DNA of 47,629 bases. Origin: Gemmatimonadota bacterium. Lineage in GTDB: Bacteria > Gemmatimonadota > Gemmatimonadetes > Gemmatimonadales > JACORV01. The DNA lies in the NCBI GenBank assembly GCA_041484135.1, contig JBGPHD010000003.1, forward strand, positions 1 to 47,629. Direction: 5' to 3'. The position numbers and the translations under genes were made by a program. The notes under the pieces are model-generated. The model had not been told where the DNA came from and did no database searches. It saw nothing but the letters and a program-made list of their open reading frames with translations. Positions 30,660 through 39,642 of this stretch are shown here, one piece after another (the stretch's first letter is position 1; each line of letters begins with the position of its first letter).

Positions 30660-31817
30660 ATGAAGAAGCGCACGCAAGGCCCCTCGACGATCGCCATCCA
30701 CGGGGAGGGCGGCGCCCGCGGCACCGCCGACCCCATCGCCACGCCCATCTTCCAGTCCAGCACCTTCGTCGCGCCGTTCGGTCCCGCCGATGACGTGCTC
30801 TACACCCGCTACGGCAACAACCCCAACCAGATCCGGCTCGCCGAGCGGCTGGCGCGGCTCGAGGGCGCGGAGGCGGCGATCTTCGTGGGGAGCGGCATGG
30901 GCGCCACCGCCCTGGCGCACCTCGCGGTGCTCCAGCCGGGGGACCACATCCTGGCGAGCGAGTGGATCTACGGCGGCACGCGCCGGCTCTTCACCGAGGA
31001 GTTCGCGCGGCTGGGGATCGAGACCACCTTCGTGAACCCGGACCGCCGCCGCGACTGGCGGCAGAAGCTGCGCAAGAACACCCGGGTGATCTTCGTGGAG
31101 ACGCCGACCAACCCGGTGATGCGCGTCCTCGACCTCGACTGGCTGAGCATCCTCACCAAGGCCGAGGGGATCGCGCTGCTGGTGGACTCGACGTTCGCCT
31201 CGCCCATCAACTTCCGGCCCCTGGAGCACGGCGCCGACGTCGTCATCCACTCCGTCACCAAGTACCTCAACGGGCATTCGGACGTCATCGCCGGCGCGGT
31301 GGCCGGCACGTCGATCTTCGTGGAGGAGGTGCGGAGCCGCATGAAGGTCTGGGGCCAGGCCCTCGACCCGCACTGCGCCTGGCTGATCGAGCGGGGGATG
31401 AAGACCCTGGCGGTGCGCATGGCCCGGCATAACGAGACGGGCCTCACGGTGGCGACCTGGCTCGAGGACCAGCCCAAGGTGCGCACCGTGCGCTACCCGG
31501 GGCTCGCCTCCCACCCGGACCACGAGCTGGCCGCGAAGACGCTGGACGGGACCAGCGGCATGGTCGGCGTGGAGCTGGCCGGCGGCCCGCGCGCCGCCGA
31601 GCGGTTCCTCAAGGCGCTCCGGATGATCGCCCATGCGCCGAGCCTGGGGGGCGTGGAGTCCCTGGTGTCGGAGCCCCGCTTCACCTCGCACGCCATGATG
31701 ACCGCCGACCAGCGCGCCGCGGCCGGTATCCCCGACGGGTTCCTCCGGTTCTCCCTCGGCCTCGAAGACGCCGAGGACATCATCGCCGACTTGGCCCGGG
31801 GACTCGCGGCAGCCTAG
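30660..31817 (+). CDS. PLP-dependent trans-sulfuration enzyme (cystathionine gamma-synthase/lyase family)
   Basis: YTRYGNNP, SGMGA, ETPTNP, DSTFASP, HSVTKYLNGHSD, SLGGVESL, RFSLGLED. Confidence 0.92.
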   Translation: MKKRTQGPSTIAIHGEGGARGTADPIATPIFQSSTFVAPFGPADDVLYTRYGNNPNQIRLAERLARLEGAEAAIFVGSGMGATALAHLAVLQPGDHILASEWIYGGTRRLFTEEFARLGIETTFVNPDRRRDWRQKLRKNTRVIFVETPTNPVMRVLDLDWLSILTKAEGIALLVDSTFASPINFRPLEHGADVVIHSVTKYLNGHSDVIAGAVAGTSIFVEEVRSRMKVWGQALDPHCAWLIERGMKTLAVRMARHNETGLTVATWLEDQPKVRTVRYPGLASHPDHELAAKTLDGTSGMVGVELAGGPRAAERFLKALRMIAHAPSLGGVESLVSEPRFTSHAMMTADQRAAAGIPDGFLRFSLGLEDAEDIIADLARGLAAA

Positions 31818-31827
31818 ATTCACCCCC

Positions 31828-32523
31828 GTGATCAAGTTCACCAACGTCACGAAAGACTACCCCAAGACCGGCGCCGCCCTGAAGGACGTCACCTTCCATG
31901 TCGCCAAGGGCGAGTTCGCGTTCTTGACCGGCCACAGCGGCGCCGGGAAATCCACCGCGCTCAAGATGATGTACCTGGCGGACCGGCCGACGACGGGCGA
32001 GGTGCGCGTCTCCGGCTTCGCCACCGCCCGGATGAGCCAGCGGGAGATCCCGCGCCTGCGGCGCCGCCTCGGCATCGTCTTCCAGGACTTCCAGCTCCTC
32101 GCCGACCGCACCGCGGAAGAGAACGTGGCCTTCGCCCTCGAGGTGACGGGCGCCCGCCGCGCCACCATCGGCCCGCGGGTGATGCGGGTGCTGACCCAGG
32201 TCGGGCTGGCGAGCAAGGCGGGCCAGTACCCGCGCGAGCTCTCGGGCGGTGAGCAGCAGCGGGTGGCCATCGCCCGCGCCCTGGTGAACGACCCGCTGGT
32301 CCTCCTCGCCGACGAGCCCACCGGGAACCTCGACGAGCGCGCCACCCGCGGCATCGTGCAGCTCCTCAAGGACATCAACGCCAGCGGGACGGCGGTGGTG
32401 ATGGCGACCCACGACCTCGACATCGTGCGGAGCATGACGGCGCACCTGATCGAGCTCCAGCAGGGCGCGGTGGCGTACGACTCCGCCGACGAGGCCGCGC
32501 AGCCCGAGGCGGCCGCGCCGTGA
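31828..32523 (+). CDS. ftsE: Cell division ATP-binding protein FtsE
   Basis: GHSGAGKS, GIVFQDFQLL, LSGGEQQRVAIARA, ADEPTGNLD; followed by ftsX. Confidence 0.95.
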   Translation: MIKFTNVTKDYPKTGAALKDVTFHVAKGEFAFLTGHSGAGKSTALKMMYLADRPTTGEVRVSGFATARMSQREIPRLRRRLGIVFQDFQLLADRTAEENVAFALEVTGARRATIGPRVMRVLTQVGLASKAGQYPRELSGGEQQRVAIARALVNDPLVLLADEPTGNLDERATRGIVQLLKDINASGTAVVMATHDLDIVRSMTAHLIELQQGAVAYDSADEAAQPEAAAP

Positions 32524-33377
32524 GCCTCATCCTGCGCGAGACCGCCCTCGCCTTCAAGCGGGCGCCCGTCCTCTCGGCGCTGTCGGTCACGACGATCGCG
32601 TTCTCGCTCTTCGTGTTCGGCCTCTTCGGCCTGGTGGCGGTCAACATCCGCCGCACCATCGGCGACGTGGCGGAGCGGGTCGAGGTGGTGGCCTATCTCA
32701 AGCGAGGCACCGCGATCGAGACGGTGACGATGGCCTCCCAGGACATCGAGGCGTTCCCCGAGGTCTCGCGGGTGGTGTACGTGACCGAGGAGGACGCGCT
32801 CGCCCGCGCGCGCCGCGACCTCACCGAGTTCAAGGACATCTTCCAGGACCTCGAGTCCAACCCGCTCCCCGGCTCGCTGGACGTGAGGCTCAAGCCCGCG
32901 TTCCGCGACGCGGTGCACGCGGCCGCGGTCGCGGAGCGGCTCCGCGCCTACGCCTTCATCGACGACGTGCGCTACGGGCAGGACTGGGTGGAGAAGCTGG
33001 ACCGGCTGCGGAACATCGCGGGGGCCGTGGGCGCGGTCGTGGGCGCCGCCTTCGCGATGGTGGCCATCATCATCATCGGCACCACGATCCGCATGGCGGT
33101 GCTCCAGCGCAGCCGCGAGATCGCCATCATGCGGCTGGTCGGCGCCACCGACGGGTTCATCCGCCGGCCCTTCCTGCTCGAAGGGCTCCTCAAGGGGCTG
33201 CTCGGCGGCCTGGGCGCGCTCGGCCTCTGCTACGCGGCGTACGCGATGATCGACGCCTACCTCATCCGGGCCTCGTTCTTCACCTCGACCCAGGCGATCG
33301 TCGGGGTGGCCGCCGGCGGGCTCCTCGGACTTCTCGGCAGCACCGCGAGCGTGGGCCGGCACCTCAGGAATGTCTAG
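32520..33377 (+). CDS. ftsX: Cell division permease FtsX
   Basis: TM1, periplasmic loop with NPLP, EIAIMRLVGATDGFIRRPFLLEG. Confidence 0.95.
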   Translation: MSLILRETALAFKRAPVLSALSVTTIAFSLFVFGLFGLVAVNIRRTIGDVAERVEVVAYLKRGTAIETVTMASQDIEAFPEVSRVVYVTEEDALARARRDLTEFKDIFQDLESNPLPGSLDVRLKPAFRDAVHAAAVAERLRAYAFIDDVRYGQDWVEKLDRLRNIAGAVGAVVGAAFAMVAIIIIGTTIRMAVLQRSREIAIMRLVGATDGFIRRPFLLEGLLKGLLGGLGALGLCYAAYAMIDAYLIRASFFTSTQAIVGVAAGGLLGLLGSTASVGRHLRNV

Positions 33378-34635
33378 CGGGCCAGGGTGCGCGCGCGCGC
33401 ACCGGCACAACGTCCCAGGGCTCGCGGGCTCCGTGATCGCGGGGCTCCTCGCGGCCATGCTGCTGTGCACCTCGGCATCGGCGCCCGCCCCTCTCCTCGC
33501 GCAGCAACCGCCCCAGGACACCACGCTCCAGCGGAGCCAGGCGCGCCTCCTCGAGATCCGGCGCGAGCGCGAGCGGCTCCAGCAGGAGATGGAGCGGCTG
33601 CGCGGCCGGGTGCACTCGCTCTCCAGCGAGCTCACCAACATCGAGCAGCAGGTGCAGACCACCGGCCGCATCGTGAGCGAGCTGGACCTCCAGGTCACGG
33701 CGATGGGCTCGCAGATCGAGCGGACCACCGCGGACCTCATCGTGGCGGAGGACGCGCTGGTCGAGAAGCGCGCCATCCTCGAGCACCGGCTCTCCGAGAT
33801 CAGCAAGCGCGGGTCGCTCTACGCCGCGCGGGTGCTGCTGGGCGCCGAGTCGTTCGGGGACCTCATCTCCCGCTACAAGTACCTCTACCTCATCAGCCGG
33901 CAGGACCGGCAGCTGGTGTCGGACGTGAAGGCGCTGCGGGACCGCGTGTCCGAGCAGCGGGACGGGCTCCTCAACCTCCGCAACAGTCTCGCCAACCGGC
34001 GCGACGAGCGGGCCGAGGAGAACGTGCGGTTCCGCGAGCTGGAGCAGCAGCGGCAGCAGAGCCTGGTGAACTCCCAGCGCGACCAGCAGCGGATGGAACA
34101 GCGGCTCGCGCAACTGGTGCGCGACGAGGCCCGCCTGAACGACCTCATCGTAGCCTTCGAGCGGCGCCGTCTCGAGGCCGCGCGCTCCGCCTCCGCCGCC
34201 GGCGCGGCCGCGCGCGCCGGGACCATCCGCACCACCGACCTCGGCCAGCTCGATTGGCCGGTGAACGGCGACATCATCTATCGCTTCGGCCGGCAGCAAC
34301 TCCCCAACAACACCACCATCCGGTGGAACGGCATCGGCATCGCGGTGGCGTCGGGCACGCCCGTGAAGGCCATCGCCGCGGGCACCGTCCGGGTGGCGCA
34401 GCCCCTCGGCACCTACGGCCTGTCGGTCGTCATCGACCACGGCGGCGGGTACTACAGCGTCTACGGGTTCCTGGCGGATGTCACGGTGCGCCAGGGCCAG
34501 GCGGTGCAGCGCGGGCAGGTGCTCGGGACCTCGGGCGGGGCCAACTCGGACCAGGGGCCCCACGTCCACTTCGAGATCCGCGGCCAGGGGGGCGAGGCGC
34601 TCGACCCGATCGCGTGGCTCCGCCGCCGCCAATGA
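33370..34635 (+). CDS. envC: EnvC-like murein hydrolase activator (coiled coil plus M23 domain)
   Basis: Long coiled coil, LDWPVNG...WNGIGI...GPHVHFEIR, directly after ftsEX. The start may be later (GTG 33433). Confidence 0.85.
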   Translation: MSSGPGCARAHRHNVPGLAGSVIAGLLAAMLLCTSASAPAPLLAQQPPQDTTLQRSQARLLEIRRERERLQQEMERLRGRVHSLSSELTNIEQQVQTTGRIVSELDLQVTAMGSQIERTTADLIVAEDALVEKRAILEHRLSEISKRGSLYAARVLLGAESFGDLISRYKYLYLISRQDRQLVSDVKALRDRVSEQRDGLLNLRNSLANRRDERAEENVRFRELEQQRQQSLVNSQRDQQRMEQRLAQLVRDEARLNDLIVAFERRRLEAARSASAAGAAARAGTIRTTDLGQLDWPVNGDIIYRFGRQQLPNNTTIRWNGIGIAVASGTPVKAIAAGTVRVAQPLGTYGLSVVIDHGGGYYSVYGFLADVTVRQGQAVQRGQVLGTSGGANSDQGPHVHFEIRGQGGEALDPIAWLRRRQ

Positions 34636-34791
34636 CGTCGGGCCGGGACCAGCGCGTCATCAAGCGCTGCGGGCCTGCACCGCCCCCGCTGCGGCGAGGA
34701 TTGGCGCGGCGCCACCCGCGACTGGTAGCGCACTCCCTGTAACGCAGCCCAAGGTTGCGCTCCCGCGCTCCCGCCATTTTCTTCTTGTACC

Positions 34792-35796
34792 ATGCCCGAC
34801 GAAACGCTGCTGACGCTCCGCCAGCTGGCCGCCCAGCTTGCCCTGCCGGAATCCACGATCCGCTACTACCGGGACGCCTTCCTCGACCACATCCCGTCGG
34901 TCGGCACGGGGCGCCGCCGTCGCTACCCGTCGCAGGCCGTTGCGGTCTTGCGCTCGATCGCGAGGAGCTACGCCTCCGGTCAGTCCCGCGGCGACATCGC
35001 CCGCGCCCTCGAGCAGCACGCGCCGCGTCCCGCGACGGTCGCCACGGCGGCGCAGCACAGCGCACCCACCCGGGCCATGGACGAGGTCTCGAATCTCGAC
35101 CTCCTGGGCGCCATCCTGGACGGCGAGCGCGAGCAGCGCGACGCCCTCTGGCAGATGGCCAAGGAGATCGTGCGCCTGACCGGCGTGCTGGAGGGCCAGG
35201 ACAAGGTGCTGGGCGAGATCGCCGACCGCGCCGGCGTGGTGGTCTCGGGCCGGCCCGCGGTCGCCGCGCCTGCAGCGAGGCCGGCGCTCTCGGCGCCGAA
35301 TCCGATGGCGGAAGCCGCGCCGGCGCCCGCCGCGGTCCCGCTGCCGCCACCAGCTCCTCCCGCACCGCACCCCCAGGCGAGCGCGTTCCAACCTCCGCCG
35401 CCGATGCCTCCGCCGCCGCCCCCGGTCGTCTCGACGGAGCCGGTGCGGATCTGGCCGGAGCCGTCGCCTGTCGCCGAGCCGCCGATGCCGGCGCCGCCCG
35501 CGTTCATCGGCGGCAACCCGTTCTCCGGCGGTCCGCTGCCGGAACTGGAGCCGGAGCCTCCCGCCTCACCGTTCCGGTCGAGCGTCCCGGCAGCGCCGAT
35601 GGTCGAGGGCGGCGAGATGGAGCGCTTGAGGCAGGAGCTGGAATCGGAGCGAGCCCTGGTCGAGCGGCTGCGCGAGGCCAAGCTGCAGCTCGAGCACCGC
35701 ACCGCCGATGCCGAGTCCGCGCTCGAGAACAACCGCGGCCGCCGCTCGTCCGTCATCAAGCGGCTCCTCACCGGCGAGAAGGGCGATGACCGGTAA
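34792..35796 (+). CDS. MerR-type HTH protein with Pro-rich linker and C-terminal coiled coil
   Basis: LTLRQLAAQLALPESTIRYYRD...GRRRRY HTH, poly-Pro linker, heptad-rich C-terminus. Confidence 0.8.
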   Translation: MPDETLLTLRQLAAQLALPESTIRYYRDAFLDHIPSVGTGRRRRYPSQAVAVLRSIARSYASGQSRGDIARALEQHAPRPATVATAAQHSAPTRAMDEVSNLDLLGAILDGEREQRDALWQMAKEIVRLTGVLEGQDKVLGEIADRAGVVVSGRPAVAAPAARPALSAPNPMAEAAPAPAAVPLPPPAPPAPHPQASAFQPPPPMPPPPPPVVSTEPVRIWPEPSPVAEPPMPAPPAFIGGNPFSGGPLPELEPEPPASPFRSSVPAAPMVEGGEMERLRQELESERALVERLREAKLQLEHRTADAESALENNRGRRSSVIKRLLTGEKGDDR

Positions 35797-36109
35797 CCTG
35801 CCGTCGGGGCGGATCCCCACGGTCGGGATGCGCGAGATCGTGGCGGCGCTGCACCGCCGGCGCGCCCGCCGTCGCGAGACGGTGACGGAGATGCGGCACG
35901 CCCTCGAGCAGCTCTCCAGTGGCGTGGAGCGGCATCTCGCGCGGATGGCGCAGCTCAAGGAAGCGGTCGAAGCGCAGGGCGGCGACCTGTCATCGCTCCA
36001 GTACTACGACAACGTCATGGCGAGATTGCGCGGCGAGCTGCGCTCGGCGGAACGGGCGCTGGCGGAAGTGTTCCGCGCCGCGGCGGACGGGCTTCCGGCG
36101 GGGACCTAG
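35786..36109 (+). CDS. Hypothetical alpha-helical protein
   Basis: ORF fills the gap between two genes with GC-rich third positions; start 35786 or 35828. Confidence 0.55.
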   Translation: MTGNLPSGRIPTVGMREIVAALHRRRARRRETVTEMRHALEQLSSGVERHLARMAQLKEAVEAQGGDLSSLQYYDNVMARLRGELRSAERALAEVFRAAADGLPAGT

Positions 36110-37548
36110 GGCTTCGCCGCGAGCGCGATGGCGATGCGGTCGTCGGCGGTGGTCTTGGCGCGCAGCAGCGCGCTGTTGGCCAGGGTGAAGAGGTCCTCCG
36201 TGCGGAGCACCTCGGGATGCGGGAAGGACACGATGCCGGCGGAGAAGTTGGGCCGCCCGTCGGGCGGAACGGTGAAGGTGTGCTTGCCCACGATCCCGCG
36301 CAGTCGCTGGACGAAGTTGCGGGCGCCGCGCGCGTCGGTCTCCGGCAGCACCAGGGCGAACTCGTCGCCGCCGTACCGCGCCACGAAGTCCGGCGAGCGC
36401 AGCTCGCGCTGGAGCAGATGACCGACCTCCACCAGGATCGTGTCGCCGATGGCGTTCCCCAGCCTGGCGTTGATCTCGCGGAACCGGTCCAGGTCGAGCA
36501 GGACGACACAGAAACGCAGCCGGTAGCGCCGCGCCCGCTCGAACTCGTCCTTGATCCGCCGGTCGAGCGCGTCGAGACTGGCGCACCCGGTCATCGAGTC
36601 GAGCGCCCCGGCGCCGCTCTGCCGGCGGAAGATGGCGGCGCGACGGTCCTCGTTCTCCAGCACCTTGGCGGCCGCCTGCGCGATGGTATCGGCCAGCGCC
36701 ACGTCCCGTGCCGTGAGTTCCGCATCCCCCTCCTTGGTCCGGAGGAAGAAGACGCCGGCGGGCGCGCCCTGGACGAACACGGGCAGCGCCACCGCCGACC
36801 GGATGTCCACGTCGATGGATTGCGTCGCCCAGCTCTCGCGGATGGTCGCGAAGAGCGGGTGTTCCTTGATGTTCTCGATGACCACCGGCCGCTCGGTCCG
36901 CAGCGCTTCCCGGAGCTCGGGGTACTTGTCGAGCTCGACGGTGATGTCCCGGGCCGCGGCGTTCTCGTACACCGCCACGACGCGGCCGTGACGCTCCCCC
37001 GGTTGCGTGAGCACGAACGAGCAGTGCGACAGGTTGAGGGCCTGCCCCACCCGCCGCACCAGTGTCTGGAAGATCTCCTCGGCCCGGAGCGAGGCCGAGA
37101 CCTCCTGGAAGATGTCGAAGAGCAGCTCCCGCTGGCGCAGCGAGGCCCGGAGCTCGCGCAGATCCTGCTGGAGCTGGACCAGCCGGGAGAGACGGGCCTG
37201 GAACTCGCTCACCCGGACCGGCACGGCCAGCGCGTCGTCCGCGCCCGCCAGGAGGAGGTCCGCGAGCACCTCGGGGTCCGCGTCGCCGCTGACGGCGATG
37301 AGCGGCACGTCCACGTCGTGGATCGCGCTCTTGCAGGCCCGCACCCGCGCCGCCGCCGACTCGGCCGGACCCTTCACGCAGAGCAGGACCGCGTCGCCCT
37401 GCTTCGCCGTCACGGCCTCCGCGATGTCGGCGTCCGCCGGCAGCTCGCCCACGCCGAAGCCGGCGTGCGTGAGCGACGCGAGGAGGCCGGCGGGTCGCGC
37501 CGACGGTTCACCCGCCACCAGCAGTTGCAATCGGAGGAGCTCGGTCAA
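36106..37548 (-). CDS. Diguanylate cyclase (pseudo-REC, GAF, GGDEF)
   Basis: RSPD I-site, RYGGDEF, DLDRFREIN, GAF region; TTG start at 37548 with GAGG upstream. Confidence 0.9.
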   Translation of the reverse strand: MTELLRLQLLVAGEPSARPAGLLASLTHAGFGVGELPADADIAEAVTAKQGDAVLLCVKGPAESAAARVRACKSAIHDVDVPLIAVSGDADPEVLADLLLAGADDALAVPVRVSEFQARLSRLVQLQQDLRELRASLRQRELLFDIFQEVSASLRAEEIFQTLVRRVGQALNLSHCSFVLTQPGERHGRVVAVYENAAARDITVELDKYPELREALRTERPVVIENIKEHPLFATIRESWATQSIDVDIRSAVALPVFVQGAPAGVFFLRTKEGDAELTARDVALADTIAQAAAKVLENEDRRAAIFRRQSGAGALDSMTGCASLDALDRRIKDEFERARRYRLRFCVVLLDLDRFREINARLGNAIGDTILVEVGHLLQRELRSPDFVARYGGDEFALVLPETDARGARNFVQRLRGIVGKHTFTVPPDGRPNFSAGIVSFPHPEVLRTEDLFTLANSALLRAKTTADDRIAIALAAKP

Positions 37549-37636
37549 TCCTGCCTCACGCCCGGTCCCGCACGGCGCGAACGTAGTCGCGCCGCGCGCG
37601 CGCCGCAAGCAACGCCCACGGGCCGGAGGGCGCGCG

Positions 37637-38287
37637 ATGGACGCTGACCGCACGCGGACCGCCCGCCGGCGCATGGTGTCGCGACAGCTCGCCGCGCGCG
37701 GCATCGCCGACGGGCGCGTCCTGGCGGCGATGGCCACGGTGCCGCGGCACCTCTTCGTGCCTCCGGGCTTCGAGCGCGCGGCCTACGACGACGCGCCCCT
37801 GCCCGTCGGGGAGGCGCAGACGATCTCGCAGCCGTACATCGTCGCCCTGATGACCGCGTCGCTGCGGCCGCGGCGGACCCACCGCATCCTCGAGATCGGC
37901 ACCGGCTCCGGATACCAGACCGCGATCCTCGCCCATCTCGCCGCGCGGGTCTTCACCATCGAGCGGATCCCGGCGCTGGCCGACGGCGCCCGCGCCCGCC
38001 TCACGGCCCTGGGCTACGGCAACGTCGTCTACCGGGTCGGTGACGGCACCCTCGGGTGGCCCGAGGAGGCGCCGTTCGACGGGATCGTGATCACCGCGGC
38101 GGCGCCGCTCCTTCCCGCCCCGCTCCTCGACCAGCTCGCCCCGGGCGCCCGCATCGTGGTGCCGGTGGGCGACCGCGCGCTCCAGGAGCTGCTGGTGGGG
38201 GTGAACGGCCCGGCCGGACTCGAGACCAGCCGCGCGGGGGCCTGCCGGTTCGTGCCCCTGATCGGCGCGCACGCCTTCGACCGGTAG
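37637..38287 (+). CDS. pcm: Protein-L-isoaspartate O-methyltransferase
   Basis: VPRHLFV, QTISQPYIVA, LEIGTGSGYQTA, GWPEEAPFDGI, RFVPL; SD GGAGG. Confidence 0.96.
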   Translation: MDADRTRTARRRMVSRQLAARGIADGRVLAAMATVPRHLFVPPGFERAAYDDAPLPVGEAQTISQPYIVALMTASLRPRRTHRILEIGTGSGYQTAILAHLAARVFTIERIPALADGARARLTALGYGNVVYRVGDGTLGWPEEAPFDGIVITAAAPLLPAPLLDQLAPGARIVVPVGDRALQELLVGVNGPAGLETSRAGACRFVPLIGAHAFDR

Positions 38288-39210
38288 TGGCCGACCTCCC
38301 GAAGGAAGGCCTCCTCGGTGCGCACGTCTCGAGCGAGGGTGGCGTCGCCCGCGCCCCCGCGCGCGGCGGCGCCATCGGCGCCACGGCGATCCAGCTCTTC
38401 ACCAAGACGCCTAACCAATGGCGCGAGCGCGAGGTGGCGCCCGAGGCCGCCCGGGAGTTCGGGGACGCCATGGCCCGCCACGGGATCAGGGTCGCGGTCA
38501 GCCACGACTCGTACCTCATCAACCTCGCCTCTCCCAAAGGCGCGCTCCGCGCCCGCTCGCAGGCCGCCTTCACCGCCGAGCTCTTTCGGGCCGAGCGGCT
38601 GGGGCTCGCGTACGTCGTCTCGCATCCCGGCAACTACCTCGACGACCGTGCCCGCGGCCTGGCGCGCAACGCGCTGGCCTACGCCGAGTGCCTTGCGGCC
38701 GCACCGGGCCGGGTGAAGGTGGCGATCGAGGTCACCGCCGGATCGGGGACGGCCCTCGGCGCGCACTTCGAGGAGCTGGGGGAGCTGGTGGACCGGATGC
38801 CCGCCCGGGCGCGGAAGCGCGTCGCCTTCTGCGCCGACACCTGTCACCTCTTCGCCGCCGGCTACGACCTGGCCGGTGACTTCGACGGCGTCTGGCGTGC
38901 CTTCGACCGGGTGCTGGGATTCGAGCGGCTGGCGGTCATGCACCTCAACGACTCGCGCGGCGGCCTGGGCAGCCGGCTCGACCGGCATCAGCTGATCGGC
39001 GACGGCGAGCTGGGGAAGGAGCCGTTCAGGAGGATCATGACCGATCCGAGGTTCCGGGGCGCGATCAAGCTGATCGAGACCCCCAAGGGGGAGGACGGCG
39101 TCACGAACGACCGGAAGATGCTGCGCCGTCTCAGGGCGTATGCGCGCGGCGGCGCGGGGTCGGCGGGGCTTGGGACGGCCGTTCCCACCTCTCGGGAACC
39201 GGAACTTTGA
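38287..39210 (+). CDS. nfo: Endonuclease IV
   Basis: LGAHVS, QLFTK, HDSYLINL, HPG, DTCHLFAAGYDL, HLNDS, DRH, ETP. Confidence 0.95.
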   Translation: MADLPKEGLLGAHVSSEGGVARAPARGGAIGATAIQLFTKTPNQWREREVAPEAAREFGDAMARHGIRVAVSHDSYLINLASPKGALRARSQAAFTAELFRAERLGLAYVVSHPGNYLDDRARGLARNALAYAECLAAAPGRVKVAIEVTAGSGTALGAHFEELGELVDRMPARARKRVAFCADTCHLFAAGYDLAGDFDGVWRAFDRVLGFERLAVMHLNDSRGGLGSRLDRHQLIGDGELGKEPFRRIMTDPRFRGAIKLIETPKGEDGVTNDRKMLRRLRAYARGGAGSAGLGTAVPTSREPEL

Positions 39211-39235
39211 GACCCACCGGGTGATATGCTATCCT
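39207..39235 (+). promoter_or_regulatory. Sigma70-type promoter predicted to give a leaderless transcript starting at ATG 39241
   Basis: TTGAGA (39207-39212), 17-nt spacer, TATCCT (39230-39235) with extended TG; the ATG is 6 nt after the -10 and has no SD. Confidence 0.55.
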
Positions 39236-39240
39236 TCGAC

Positions 39241-39594
39241 ATGCAGCGGACTTCGGGCCGGCTCAACTGGATACGCCGTTTGGCGTGCGTCTTCGCCGTG
39301 GGGCAAGGCCTGCTCTACGCCGCGCTGCCGTTCGCCGAGGCGCGGATGGAGCACCCGCCCGCCACGGCCGGCTACGAGTCCCGCCACAGTCACGACTGCG
39401 TCGCTCTCCATCAGCCCGACAAGTGCGTCTTCTGCCAGCTCGCCACGATGCGGGCCCGCCGCACCGACGCCGTGCTCGTCCGAGCGGAAGGCCGCACGGT
39501 CCTGGTGGGTGCGCCCAACCGCGGGACCGCCGAGCCGGAGCGCTTCGTCCATCGGTCGACCCTCTCCCGAGCCCCTCCCTCCTCCCTCGCCTGA
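39241..39594 (+). CDS. DUF2946/CruR-like leader protein with His/Cys cluster and C-terminal RAPP motif
   Basis: Signal-like hydrophobic N-terminus, HSHDCVALHQPDKCVFC, ends SRAPPSSLA; precedes a metal-uptake operon. Confidence 0.8.
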   Translation: MQRTSGRLNWIRRLACVFAVGQGLLYAALPFAEARMEHPPATAGYESRHSHDCVALHQPDKCVFCQLATMRARRTDAVLVRAEGRTVLVGAPNRGTAEPERFVHRSTLSRAPPSSLA

Positions 39595-39640
39595 GCTCGC
39601 GGCGGCGCACGGTGCGCCGCCCTACTCCAGCTACGAGGGA
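39583..39640 (+). promoter_or_regulatory. Predicted SD-sequestering RNA structure between the RAPP leader and the OMP gene
   Basis: TCCCTCG (39583-39589) is exactly complementary to CGAGGGA (39634-39640, the SD), enclosing the hairpin GGCGGCGCAC-G-GTGCGCCGCC (39601-39621). Confidence 0.65.
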
Positions 39641-39642
39641 CC

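Noticed and set aside
39226-39240. ATG 39226 as the start of the first RAPP leader
   Set aside because: It lies within the predicted promoter spacer and extended -10; ATG 39241 fits a leaderless start better.
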